Origin: a virus
Lineage: Duplodnaviria > Caudoviricetes
IMG/VR virus record: IMGVR_UViG_3300032007_000014
Reading direction: 5' to 3' (one strand)
Length of the DNA: 64,000 bases
Shown here piece by piece: positions 9,107 to 18,399 of the stretch. The first letter of the stretch is position 1, and every line of letters begins with the position of its first letter. The notes under the pieces were generated by a model. That model had not been told where the DNA came from, made no database searches, and was given only the letters and a program-made list of their open reading frames with translations. Position numbers and translations under genes: made by a program.

Positions 9107-10498
9107 TCACTTGTTGGTGATGACTTTGGAAGCGTGGATGAACAGGTCGAATGCTTCGAGAAGATCGTAGATGTCGTTCCCGAGGTTATTGAGATGAACC
9201 TTCTCATCGTTCCCGATCTGACCCCATCCGCGATCCACGATGCAACTCGTCCAGAACTCCGGACAGTACTCCCAAGGAGTGAGCTGATCGATATTGTTGG
9301 ACAGAAGATTGCGGACATTCCGATACACGTAGGTGACATACCGGAGACATTCCTTCGCAGTCGGAGGATGGATCTCGAAGACGATGTTGCAGATCTCTTG
9401 TGCGAGACGATCGATCTGTTTGTCTTTGGCGTTAATATCTTTGATCTTGATGTGATCAAGCTCTCTGGTTGTGAATGCCGAGATTTTGGAGCGAACTTGC
9501 ATGAAGGGAGTGAACTCCTCTTCTTCATGTTCGATGAGCTTCGCCCATGCCTCAACTTCGGGCGGGATAGGAGCTGACTTGTCCGCGTGCATGAGGATCG
9601 TGATGAGCTGATCCACATTCATGGCTTTATCAGGGCCATCATTCTTGTTGCACGGACATTTGTCGCAGTCCGGATGGATGTCGTTCTTCAGATGGGTTTT
9701 GATTTCTCTGTTCTTGTTGTTCATGCGTTCTTTCTCCTTTTCTTTACGTTTTTTGGTTTCTGATAGGAATGTCGCGAGAACTTTTAATGAACGAGTTCCC
9801 GTTGATCTGTCAAGTGGATCAGGTTTCTTTCCGCGTTCGCACCAGTGATGATCGTACATAAAGTTCATGATAATTTCGTCATTCTTGGCGTAGCCGTTCA
9901 TGAAGTTCTCAATGTACAATTTAGCCAGTTTGCCATCCTGGTAAGATTCACCGAACACAGTTTCACAGATGTATCTCGCGAGAAGTTCTTCTTTGGAATC
10001 CCCGTTATCCAACAATCCATCAAGTTCAGCAACGATGAACTTATTGAAATTGTCGAGATAGCCGATGATTCTGAACAAACAATCGAGAGTGTTCCTGTAA
10101 TCCTTGACGAATTTGGATACCGGTCTGTTCTCTGTGATTTCACAGAGAAGCTGATCTTCGAAAACGTCATCGAAGAATGTATCGAGCAGAATGTGTGCAT
10201 CCGCCGAACTGACTTCAAGGTCACTGAAATTTGTGGCAAGATGATAGCGGTATATTTCAGACAAGAATCCGAGTTCATTGATCTGAATATACGACTGAAG
10301 ATGAAACACAACATGTGCGATGAACGATGCCAGCATGTAACCAGTGGATCTATGCTCCCGTTGATCCGTGCCGTGTTCTTTGAACCAATCATCCACTCGA
10401 TCAGGATCGAGATCCATCTTGGTGATGACGTCAAGAGTTTTTCGATAGTCTTGGACTCCTTTAGTCAATCGATTTGCTTTGATTTCATTTAATTTCAT
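9107..10498 (-). CDS. Hypothetical early protein with internal repeat
   Basis: 463 aa; NRLTKGVQDYRKTLD and NRPVSKFVKDYRNTLD are repeats; SD GGAGG. Confidence 0.65.
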   Translation of the reverse strand: MKLNEIKANRLTKGVQDYRKTLDVITKMDLDPDRVDDWFKEHGTDQREHRSTGYMLASFIAHVVFHLQSYIQINELGFLSEIYRYHLATNFSDLEVSSADAHILLDTFFDDVFEDQLLCEITENRPVSKFVKDYRNTLDCLFRIIGYLDNFNKFIVAELDGLLDNGDSKEELLARYICETVFGESYQDGKLAKLYIENFMNGYAKNDEIIMNFMYDHHWCERGKKPDPLDRSTGTRSLKVLATFLSETKKRKEKEKERMNNKNREIKTHLKNDIHPDCDKCPCNKNDGPDKAMNVDQLITILMHADKSAPIPPEVEAWAKLIEHEEEEFTPFMQVRSKISAFTTRELDHIKIKDINAKDKQIDRLAQEICNIVFEIHPPTAKECLRYVTYVYRNVRNLLSNNIDQLTPWEYCPEFWTSCIVDRGWGQIGNDEKVHLNNLGNDIYDLLEAFDLFIHASKVITNK

Positions 10499-10604
10499 TG
10501 AACCAACCTCCTTCTATTGGTGTTGAAAATTTTGGTGTTTCTGAGATGATAAGTCAAGGATTTTCCTTGATTAAATTTATCATTTCAGACTTCGTTTCAG
10601 ATAA

Positions 10605-10654
10605 GTAATATATGGATTCAAATCCGTTGAAAATGTGAAAATGACTGTAATATA
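10605..10654 (-). promoter_or_regulatory. Two tandem TATATTAC early promoter motifs
   Basis: Exact matches at 10605-10612 and 10647-10654 upstream of the 10498 start. Confidence 0.6.
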
Positions 10655-10700
10655 GGCATTGACCATGCTCTAAAGTCTTCAACCAATAAAAGGAGAATCT

Positions 10701-11144
10701 ATGAGTGCTGTAAGGTTCATTTATGATGGATCTTCTGGTCGGTGGCAGTATGTGATAGATAGTGGGAAACACGAAGGTACCTCTATTCAAATGATTCAGG
10801 TGAACTACTTAGCAGAGTTGAGAACTCTGCAAGAGAGGGATGCCTTAGTCATGGTGAGATATGCGTATCTGGATGATCCTACTGTCGACGTTGGGTGGGC
10901 TACGTATTACTACGACAAAGCAGCTTCAGTATGGAGGAAGTTCGCAGAACAAGAATCCATGGATGGGGTTGTGGAGATTCCAGAAGATCTTCTGGATCAG
11001 TATGCGACAAAACAAGAGCTTGCTCAGACAGCATCCACCATTCGACAAGAACTATCCGTCGAACGAGAGCGAATCGATGCAGTCGAAGACTATCTCAGGG
11101 ATTGCGACACACCTCTCAGGGAACTGGGAAGGTTGATCGGTTAA
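10701..11144 (+). CDS. Putative virion fibre-associated protein
   Basis: DDPTVDVGWATYYY...WRKFAEQESMD resembles a motif in phage fibre proteins; C-terminal coiled coil; SD AAGGAG. Confidence 0.55.
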   Translation: MSAVRFIYDGSSGRWQYVIDSGKHEGTSIQMIQVNYLAELRTLQERDALVMVRYAYLDDPTVDVGWATYYYDKAASVWRKFAEQESMDGVVEIPEDLLDQYATKQELAQTASTIRQELSVERERIDAVEDYLRDCDTPLRELGRLIG

Positions 11145-11160
11145 ACCAGGAGGTCGTCCT

Positions 11161-11628
11161 ATGATTACATTGAAACAAAAACTGAATCAGCTCATCACCC
11201 AACTCAAAGCAACACATGCTGATATTATCGAAGCATTGAACGAAAAAGGTGTTGTTGTAGATGAGTTGGAAAGCAATGCAAGTGTTGCTCCGCTTATACG
11301 TAAGATCTTCCAGAGTGACTGGGAGTTCTTCTTCAATTTCAAAGAGATCGATCAGTTCGGACAACCGCGTACACGTCAGTCCGGACAACAGGCTGGAGGG
11401 TTTTATCTCTTTCATCCTGCATTTGCCTTCGATAACAATTTTCCTTTCATCAACGTGACTCACGTCTATGTACCAACTTGTCCATTAGTTGGTGCATTCG
11501 GACATAATTTTAAACTGGACACTCCCATTGTTTCGGATATGAAAGATCCTGTGATCGAGAAAATATTCGACTTCAAGGAGGAGTCTGTAATAGGAGGTAC
11601 TCTCCATGGCTATGATACACTCAGCTGA
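11161..11628 (+). CDS. Hypothetical protein (fibre operon)
   Basis: N-terminal L...K.DI..AL.EKGV motif; SD AGGAGG. Confidence 0.55.
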   Translation: MITLKQKLNQLITQLKATHADIIEALNEKGVVVDELESNASVAPLIRKIFQSDWEFFFNFKEIDQFGQPRTRQSGQQAGGFYLFHPAFAFDNNFPFINVTHVYVPTCPLVGAFGHNFKLDTPIVSDMKDPVIEKIFDFKEESVIGGTLHGYDTLS

Positions 11629-13702
11629 ACATACGTTCTGCTACATCGATCCTAGCAAGAAATCTGCTCAGGATGCGTCAGCTGGTGATGGATCTTCTCC
11701 AAGTTCTCCATTGCTTGACTTTCCAACCACATTGCAAGACAATGTGATTTATATTGTTCGTAGATCGAACAAGGAATTCCCTGCCATTGTTTCAAGCAAT
11801 ACAAACTCCAGTGCTGTGAAATCCATGGTGATTTGGGGAATGCCAACCCAGAATGATGAACACTGGAGCCTGGTTCCACAGGAGGCAAGGACCGCATGGG
11901 GAGGCGATCCACAGAACTTGCAAGTGTGGCTTAGGTTTGATCAGAACTGGGATCAGCACTCACTTTATCTCCCGAACTGCAAATATCTCGATCTGAGATC
12001 ATTCAACTTCGCGCAGAATGGAGAAACGCACCAGTGGTGCATCTATGTCGCAGATTCATCTGGTCGGTGCAGTCTGTATGTCAACAATGTTCATTTCTTG
12101 ACCTACACAAATGACTTTACTGCTGGTGAAGAACCATTTTCACGGTATCATGGAACACATTTCATCTACATCGCCGGTGGTTCGTATGCACATTCTGCAA
12201 GGTTTCTCAATTCAAGAATCGACTGTACGTGGAATGGAACCTGTGTGTATTTTGGAAGACAGCACAACATTCTGATCAAGAATGTGAAAGTACATACTGT
12301 ACAAAACGTTGATCGCGATGCTGTATTCAGTTGGAACTGGGATGATCGTCTCATTCCAAATGTTGTGATCCAGGATTGCGACAATTATTTCTACATGTAC
12401 AATCGTCATGATTGGTTCATGCAGCCGATCTATGCAGGTACAGTCAGAACTATCACGGCGAAGAACGTGACATACCAGATGGCTGAAAACCAGTACTGGG
12501 TACCTTACGACAACCGTATCCATATCGGAGAATTGTTCAGTCACGAGATCAGATCTCCTGGTTCTGTCATTGAAGACATCACTGTCAATTTCCCTGATCA
12601 GATGGCTGGCGGTTATTTCCCATTCATCCGTCTCAGTTATCGATGCGATGACGCATGGTCGAATGATCGTGATCCGAGTTTTGGACAGTACACAATCGTT
12701 CGAAACATCAATATCACCATGTCAAGGAGTCCTCAATATGGGGATGGAATAAACAACGGTGGTGGATATGTTTGGAATACAGGTAGCAGTAATCGCGGAC
12801 TTCTTCGTCTTACAAGAAGCGACAGATTTGGACGTGTTGCATCATCTGACTATCTGATTCAGAACATCGCCATCATCGCACCTCGTGGCATTGCCATGGT
12901 TCTTGACAATTGTCTTGTTGATATGAAGGACTGCGACATCGAAGGATCTTGCGAGTTCTGCCATTGTGTTGGCAAGATCGGCAACATCACCACATGGTAT
13001 CCCGGATATGGGGTGCTCGATAGTGCTGGTAACATTCTCTACATCAAGAGTATCCAGTGCAACCGCAACAACCCGAGCTGGGAGTACAATGGACAGTATG
13101 CATTGGTTCCTTCCTATGGATCGAACATCTTGGTTGGTTCAACCAATGTGATCTGTATGCCGTCCACCTTCATGAACACGAATCAGACTCGTAAAGAGTG
13201 CTCCTACATCTGCACGAATGACCAGCTTGCAGGCAACTACACTGTCCGCAATTCCTTCACGGATTGTAGAACGTGGTCAGTGAACAGAGTTGGATCAGTT
13301 GGTGGTTGTACGTTGAAACTCTCCAATGAGACAACGGATGACTTCAACTATCCTCTCAAGATCGGTGGCGAACCGTTCAAAGGAATCGCCATTCAGACAA
13401 CGGCAGGATCTCACGTTGCGAAGATCTATGTTGCGATGTATGGATACAATGATTTCTCACAGATCATTGATCGTCTCAACTGCAAGATTACTCTTCCAGA
13501 TGGATCTTTCGTAACAGCTTTCGATGGAAATTGGTATGAAGATACAGAATCCAGTTGGGAGAACATCGAGGGACACACGGTCTATCGCCTCGAGATACCG
13601 TTCGAACTCAGTGAAGCAGGAGAAGTACTCTTTGAGTATTCCTTCTCTTGGTACATGATTGGTGGATCAACTTATCTTGATCCATATCCAGTCATTGTGT
13701 AA
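11606..13702 (+). CDS. Large beta-rich protein, possible tailspike / beta-helix receptor-binding protein
   Basis: 698 aa rich in N/Y/W; N-terminal YIDP...GDGSSPSSP followed by repeated I.NI.I strands; SD GGAGG. Confidence 0.5.
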   Translation: MAMIHSAEHTFCYIDPSKKSAQDASAGDGSSPSSPLLDFPTTLQDNVIYIVRRSNKEFPAIVSSNTNSSAVKSMVIWGMPTQNDEHWSLVPQEARTAWGGDPQNLQVWLRFDQNWDQHSLYLPNCKYLDLRSFNFAQNGETHQWCIYVADSSGRCSLYVNNVHFLTYTNDFTAGEEPFSRYHGTHFIYIAGGSYAHSARFLNSRIDCTWNGTCVYFGRQHNILIKNVKVHTVQNVDRDAVFSWNWDDRLIPNVVIQDCDNYFYMYNRHDWFMQPIYAGTVRTITAKNVTYQMAENQYWVPYDNRIHIGELFSHEIRSPGSVIEDITVNFPDQMAGGYFPFIRLSYRCDDAWSNDRDPSFGQYTIVRNINITMSRSPQYGDGINNGGGYVWNTGSSNRGLLRLTRSDRFGRVASSDYLIQNIAIIAPRGIAMVLDNCLVDMKDCDIEGSCEFCHCVGKIGNITTWYPGYGVLDSAGNILYIKSIQCNRNNPSWEYNGQYALVPSYGSNILVGSTNVICMPSTFMNTNQTRKECSYICTNDQLAGNYTVRNSFTDCRTWSVNRVGSVGGCTLKLSNETTDDFNYPLKIGGEPFKGIAIQTTAGSHVAKIYVAMYGYNDFSQIIDRLNCKITLPDGSFVTAFDGNWYEDTESSWENIEGHTVYRLEIPFELSEAGEVLFEYSFSWYMIGGSTYLDPYPVIV

Positions 13703-13712
13703 TAATCATCAT

Positions 13713-13750
13713 AAGAACAACCTGGTGAGATATCTCACCAGGTTGTTCTT
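13713..13750. terminator. Perfect 38-bp palindrome between convergent genes
   Basis: AAGAACAACCTGGTGAGAT|ATCTCACCAGGTTGTTCTT. Confidence 0.7.
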
Positions 13751-13757
13751 CTTTCAT

Positions 13758-14525
13758 TCATTGCTGATCGTTGTCAGACTCTTTGATGAGAGCATCAACT
13801 TTCATCTTCTCATTGAGCAGACGTCCTGTATCTTCGAGTTTCTTCTGGATGTAATGATCCAGCGTACTGTTCTCGTTAGGACATTCCCACAATGGAAGAA
13901 CGATGGTGCTGTTGTTGAAGATGTTCAATGCTTTCTTGTAGACTTTGTCTTTCAAAGCCTTGTGTTCATCATCACTTCTTGATGTGATGATGGCATTGCA
14001 TCTGGTTGCAGATTGGGTAATGATGCCAATGGTTTTGGCGACGTTCTCCTGATCTTTTCCTTCATATGCAAGCATGATGCAACGAGTTCTTCCATCCATC
14101 CCAGATCCATCCGTGACATAATTGAAGATGTCATCGAATGTAAGGAGTTTGGTTGGGATACGTTCTGTCATATCACGATCCACTGAAGAATACATGTAGA
14201 GATTCACATGATTCTTGTAATCATGGAATCCACATGCATGTGGGTGACTTCCTGAAGGACTGAAGTGACAGAAAAAGAAGAATCTGTCAGAGGATTTCTC
14301 AGCGATCTCTCTACGAAGATCACAATACATGGATGAGATGAAGAAGTTCTGTACAGACATGATCGGAAGATCAGGTACAGACTTGGTCATGTCACAGTAT
14401 TTGTCATACTGTGCATCGATCTGACGAACAAGTGTTTGATACAGGGCGTATCCTGCATGTTCAGTTGGATTAAATGCCCATTTGTAGAGCATCTCTCCAA
14501 GGATGGTGTGAAGCTTTTCTTCCAT
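13758..14525 (-). CDS. Hypothetical protein
   Basis: 255-aa ORF with SD AAGGA. Confidence 0.7.
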   Translation of the reverse strand: MEEKLHTILGEMLYKWAFNPTEHAGYALYQTLVRQIDAQYDKYCDMTKSVPDLPIMSVQNFFISSMYCDLRREIAEKSSDRFFFFCHFSPSGSHPHACGFHDYKNHVNLYMYSSVDRDMTERIPTKLLTFDDIFNYVTDGSGMDGRTRCIMLAYEGKDQENVAKTIGIITQSATRCNAIITSRSDDEHKALKDKVYKKALNIFNNSTIVLPLWECPNENSTLDHYIQKKLEDTGRLLNEKMKVDALIKESDNDQQ

Positions 14526-14612
14526 GTGTTGATTCCTTTATGTTAAAAGAAAGATTGTTCATACTAGGAGACGATAAAGTTCGTCTCCTAGTATGTTGAT
14601 AAGGTGTTAAAA

Positions 14613-15071
14613 TTAAACAGGAATTGTTTCGAATGTCCCGTTCATTTGTCCATTGACATTGGTTCCTGAGATATGTGGACCGTTGTTGAGAACTTGTTCG
14701 TTGACGAAGTCGTGGTAGAGATGTCTGATACGTTCTCTTGTTTTCACGACTGTCATGAACATCTCATTGTTCAGTTCTGATTTCATGCGTCTTCGTTCGA
14801 TCACACTCACGTATTTCACACGTAAGATCCTCATCTCGAATCTGTACGCATGAAGTTTCTTGTGATATTCCTCAAGGATAGGTGAGATGACTTCATTGAA
14901 GAATGTATTGTATGCGTCAGAATCTCCACCATAACGAACATATGTTTCATATGCGACTTCGTGGATGTATTCGAACATGGGAAGAGACAGGATCCACCTG
15001 GTTGGATCTTGCTCGAGTTCTCTCTTCAATTTGTTGGGAAAATGACAGCAATATTCATCATAGTTGATCAT
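14613..15071 (-). CDS. Hypothetical protein
   Basis: 152-aa ORF with SD AGGAG. Confidence 0.7.
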   Translation of the reverse strand: MINYDEYCCHFPNKLKRELEQDPTRWILSLPMFEYIHEVAYETYVRYGGDSDAYNTFFNEVISPILEEYHKKLHAYRFEMRILRVKYVSVIERRRMKSELNNEMFMTVVKTRERIRHLYHDFVNEQVLNNGPHISGTNVNGQMNGTFETIPV

Positions 15072-15151
15072 GGTGATTCTCCTATGTTAGACCTACATAG
15101 GATGGCAAAAAAATAGAAGGATCTCGGGTGAGATCCTCCTATCTTGTTGTG

Positions 15152-15643
15152 TCATTTGATGATGATTTCCTTCGGGGGATCGGGAAGCATCTCTTTCTCT
15201 TCTTCCTGTTTGGGAGGTTCTTCCCAAGTCAGTTTCCGACCACCGAGAGTCTGCTGAGCCATGTTCATTGCGATATTCGCAAGTTGTGATTGGTTGGCGA
15301 ATTGGAACTTGAACGCGAGAGCCATCTGTGTGATGTCGTTGATCGTGACACGTTCCTTGTCTTTGGTGATGTGCTTCCATGCTTCCGCACAGTACGAGAT
15401 CATGAGACGCTGTCTCGAAGAGAGTCGACTTTCTTTCTTGTTGACAAGATCGATCTCTTCGAAGACGTCCTTGATCTTCACGCCTTCGGACTCGAGGATG
15501 TTCTTCATGGTTTCGGCGAAGATCTTCTTGCCGAACTCAATCGGGAATCCATTCTGTTCCTGTTGCTGGTTGGTGGTCTCTTCAGCGGATTCTCTCGGAC
15601 CGAACTGATCAACCTGTTCTTCCATTTTGGTTTCTTCTGACAT
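15152..15643 (-). CDS. Hypothetical protein
   Basis: 163-aa ORF with SD AGGAG and biased codon usage. Confidence 0.7.
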   Translation of the reverse strand: MSEETKMEEQVDQFGPRESAEETTNQQQEQNGFPIEFGKKIFAETMKNILESEGVKIKDVFEEIDLVNKKESRLSSRQRLMISYCAEAWKHITKDKERVTINDITQMALAFKFQFANQSQLANIAMNMAQQTLGGRKLTWEEPPKQEEEKEMLPDPPKEIIIK

Positions 15644-15667
15644 AATTGTTCTCCTGTTGTTGAGAGG

Positions 15668-15964
15668 TTAAGATATTTGAATCCAGTGATTTCCGAAACT
15701 GTACATGGACATTTTTTCTGCCGGGTTTTCTACAACAAGTTCACCATCCATGAAGTGAACATTGATGTGCGTCTGGTTGATTGTGAATTTGCACAAAGCC
15801 ATCAAGAGCTCATCGAGATTATAATTGTTGTTCCATTCGGTGCAGCACATCAGTGCATAAGGAACACCATCTGCATCTCTCAGATGAATCAGAACACCGA
15901 CAGATTTACCATCGGTTCCGTTTGTGAGGTTGATGTTTTGAATGACCGCATCTGTTATTACCAT
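15668..15964 (-). CDS. Hypothetical protein, tandem paralogue of 16032..16364
   Basis: Start at ATG 15964 (SD AAGGAGG); ITDAVIQNINLTNGTDGKSVGVLIHLRD aligns with ISEAIIQNLNLTNGSEGKTIGVFLQIRD. Confidence 0.75.
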   Translation of the reverse strand: MVITDAVIQNINLTNGTDGKSVGVLIHLRDADGVPYALMCCTEWNNNYNLDELLMALCKFTINQTHINVHFMDGELVVENPAEKMSMYSFGNHWIQIS

Positions 15965-16031
15965 TGGGTCCTCCTTGTGTAGATTATGAATATTTAAACA
16001 AGTGGGTGTCAGATACACCCACTTAAATGAT

Positions 16032-16364
16032 TTAGAACACTCTGTTCCAGCGAGGTCCTCTGAGGAGGACTTGTTTGTTTTTCTTGGGTGCGTCAATGAT
16101 CAGACCACCGTCGATGAAGTCTGTCTTTTCCGGATTAGTGATGATGCTGATATAGTCCATTTCGACCATGAACTCGTTCAGCGCTGCAAGAGTTTCTTCC
16201 AGATCTTCGTATTCATCACGAAGCAGAACCATTTGGAAGGTTGCTGGTAATCCGTAGCTGTCTCTGATCTGAAGGAAGACGCCGATTGTCTTTCCTTCTG
16301 ATCCGTTGGTGAGGTTGAGGTTCTGGATGATGGCCTCACTGATTTCATCCCGTGCTTCAAACAT
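16032..16364 (-). CDS. Hypothetical early protein, tandem paralogue of 15668..15964
   Basis: 110 aa, SD AAGGAGG, TATATTAC at 16441-16448. Confidence 0.75.
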   Translation of the reverse strand: MFEARDEISEAIIQNLNLTNGSEGKTIGVFLQIRDSYGLPATFQMVLLRDEYEDLEETLAALNEFMVEMDYISIITNPEKTDFIDGGLIIDAPKKNKQVLLRGPRWNRVF

Positions 16365-16440
16365 AGATACCTCCTTTGAGGTTAAAGTTGAGTAAATGAA
16401 TAATGTGTAACACGTATTGTTACATTGATTATTCGTGTTA

Positions 16441-16448
16441 GTAATATA
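16441..16448 (-). promoter_or_regulatory. TATATTAC early promoter motif
   Basis: Exact match with an upstream T-tract. Confidence 0.65.
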
Positions 16449-16515
16449 TGTTTGTATTCGTTATCAAAAAAAAGAAAAAAGGGACCCATTGCTGGGTCCC
16501 CGCGGATGTCACCGA

Positions 16516-16695
16516 TTACTCGGTGACAGCATCCGCTGCGGCTTCCGCGGCATCGCTGCTGTGTGAGAACAGCTTGATGCCACCGATGACGAGTCCGGCG
16601 ACGACGGCAATGCCGCCGGCCAGCGCGATCATCTCGACGAGGGTGAGGTGTTTCTTTTCGGAAGCGGTGTTGGGGGTGGTGTTTTCGTTTTCCAT
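16516..16695 (-). CDS. 59-aa membrane peptide with a type IV prepilin-like N-terminal motif (not in the ORF track)
   Basis: Manual translation: MENENTTPNTASEKKHLTLVEMIALAGGIAVVAGLVIGGIKLFSHSSDAAEAAADAVTE*. SD GAAAGGA, strongly biased codons, followed by a GC hairpin plus U-tract at about 16466-16500. Confidence 0.75.
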   Translation of the reverse strand: MENENTTPNTASEKKHLTLVEMIALAGGIAVVAGLVIGGIKLFSHSSDAAEAAADAVTE

Positions 16696-16847
16696 GATGG
16701 ACGTCCTTTCGTTTATGAAGATTTAAACACGATACAAGCACACCATATGCTCATATCACCCAAATAATTTATATTCAAACAAAAATGAAATACACAAATA
16801 ATACACACGCATACGCATAACAGCGTATGCGTGTGTCTCTTGTGCGG

Positions 16848-18329
16848 TTACATGTATCCGTCTGAGTAGAACTGTTGAAACTTCTTACTCATACGTTGCA
16901 GTAATGCGAACCTTGCGGTAGCATGTCTGCGATGTGATTCAAGATTCATGTCGAATTGATCAAGATAGATGAGCTCTTCTCCTTCGATCTTTCTTAATCG
17001 TCCAAGCATCTGCTGTGGTAAGATAGGAGCCATCATGCTGATGGTGTTAAGAGCTGTGATCAGCCCTTTCACATCAAGTCCTGTGGATGCCTTCTGAAGA
17101 GTGGATATGATAATGTCGCTTTCTGTCAAGACGTCGTCACTTGAACCTTCGACATATTCATTCACCACTTTATCTTCATAGTGCGACTGTAAGCGTGTAA
17201 CCAATGCTTCAACAAATTGTCTCGTGCACGCAAAGATGAGCATCTTACGTCCAGGTTTGTACCTGTTGACGAAGTATGCGTCAATCTTCGGAATCAAACA
17301 TTCGTCGACATACTTGTTGAACTTTGCCTGTTTTACAAGAAGCTGTCCTTCATATCTTGCATGACTGTATCCACGCATCCGACAGACATGACGTTCCATC
17401 ACTTCCCCACGGTAGCCAAACGTGTAAGTAGTAACGTACTTGTCATAGTTGTTAATGCCATAACGTATTGCGACAGGATAAACCCTATCGAAGATACGTC
17501 GTGCATCACTGTTGGTCTGTGTGAAGGTTGCACTGCTGTACAGGTTGTAGGGAACGTTGACTCTCAGATCAATTTGATTCTGTGCATGGAATGCTTTATG
17601 GACTTCATCGAATATCTTCGTACCTATGCCCAAGTGACGAAAAAGACCATCTAAGTCCATAGGGAGATCTTGATATCCCGAATCTCCTTTACAGAACAAT
17701 CTCATTGTTCCAAGTGAAGCCACGATGATATCTGGCTTATAGTCACTCAACATCAGATCAGCAACAGACTTGAATCCTTCAATCTTGTAGATCCTGTCAC
17801 CGACATCTGTTTGTTCCCTTATACTTTCAATCCACTGGTTGACCAGTCCTTCGACAATAACGATCCCAGCATATCCGAGATTGATCATGGATTTGGTTGC
17901 GCTGTAGGTTTTGCCCTTACCAGTCTGGAGTGCCAAACCTTTCATTCCTGGTGTCTTCTCAGAGCACTTCTTGATGATGTCCACTTGCCACTCTCTGTCC
18001 TTGAATTGTTTGTTCATATGGACATTGATTTTGCGAAGAGGATAATCGTTCAATTTGTGTTCTTCGATTTCAACAGTTGTTTGTTCGCGCAACGCATTCA
18101 CGAAATCATCGAAAAATGCGATGGGTACTTTCAATGAGCTGGTTCTCGTATCATAATGCATGTACTGCTTCTGAATGAACCAACGCTTTGTCCGAGGATC
18201 GTAACCGCGTTCGCTCAACAGCTTTCGAACCAAGTCCCCAGCAATAAAGCCAACAGGACATGTCGGAGGAATGATGAGCTCTCCGTGAGTATATCCCCGA
18301 TACACCCTGATCTTTATGTTTGGTAACAT
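16848..18329 (-). CDS. SF2 (DExH) helicase, phiKZ gp75 position
   Basis: LQTGKGKT, IFDEVH, SAT, TGLDV and QMLGRLR helicase motifs; directly follows the RNAP beta' C-half. Confidence 0.9.
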   Translation of the reverse strand: MLPNIKIRVYRGYTHGELIIPPTCPVGFIAGDLVRKLLSERGYDPRTKRWFIQKQYMHYDTRTSSLKVPIAFFDDFVNALREQTTVEIEEHKLNDYPLRKINVHMNKQFKDREWQVDIIKKCSEKTPGMKGLALQTGKGKTYSATKSMINLGYAGIVIVEGLVNQWIESIREQTDVGDRIYKIEGFKSVADLMLSDYKPDIIVASLGTMRLFCKGDSGYQDLPMDLDGLFRHLGIGTKIFDEVHKAFHAQNQIDLRVNVPYNLYSSATFTQTNSDARRIFDRVYPVAIRYGINNYDKYVTTYTFGYRGEVMERHVCRMRGYSHARYEGQLLVKQAKFNKYVDECLIPKIDAYFVNRYKPGRKMLIFACTRQFVEALVTRLQSHYEDKVVNEYVEGSSDDVLTESDIIISTLQKASTGLDVKGLITALNTISMMAPILPQQMLGRLRKIEGEELIYLDQFDMNLESHRRHATARFALLQRMSKKFQQFYSDGYM

Positions 18330-18399
18330 TGTTTCTCTTTCTGTTGATGATAAGGGAGTGTGGCATTACACCACACTCCCACGGGAAAGTTATGCTTTG

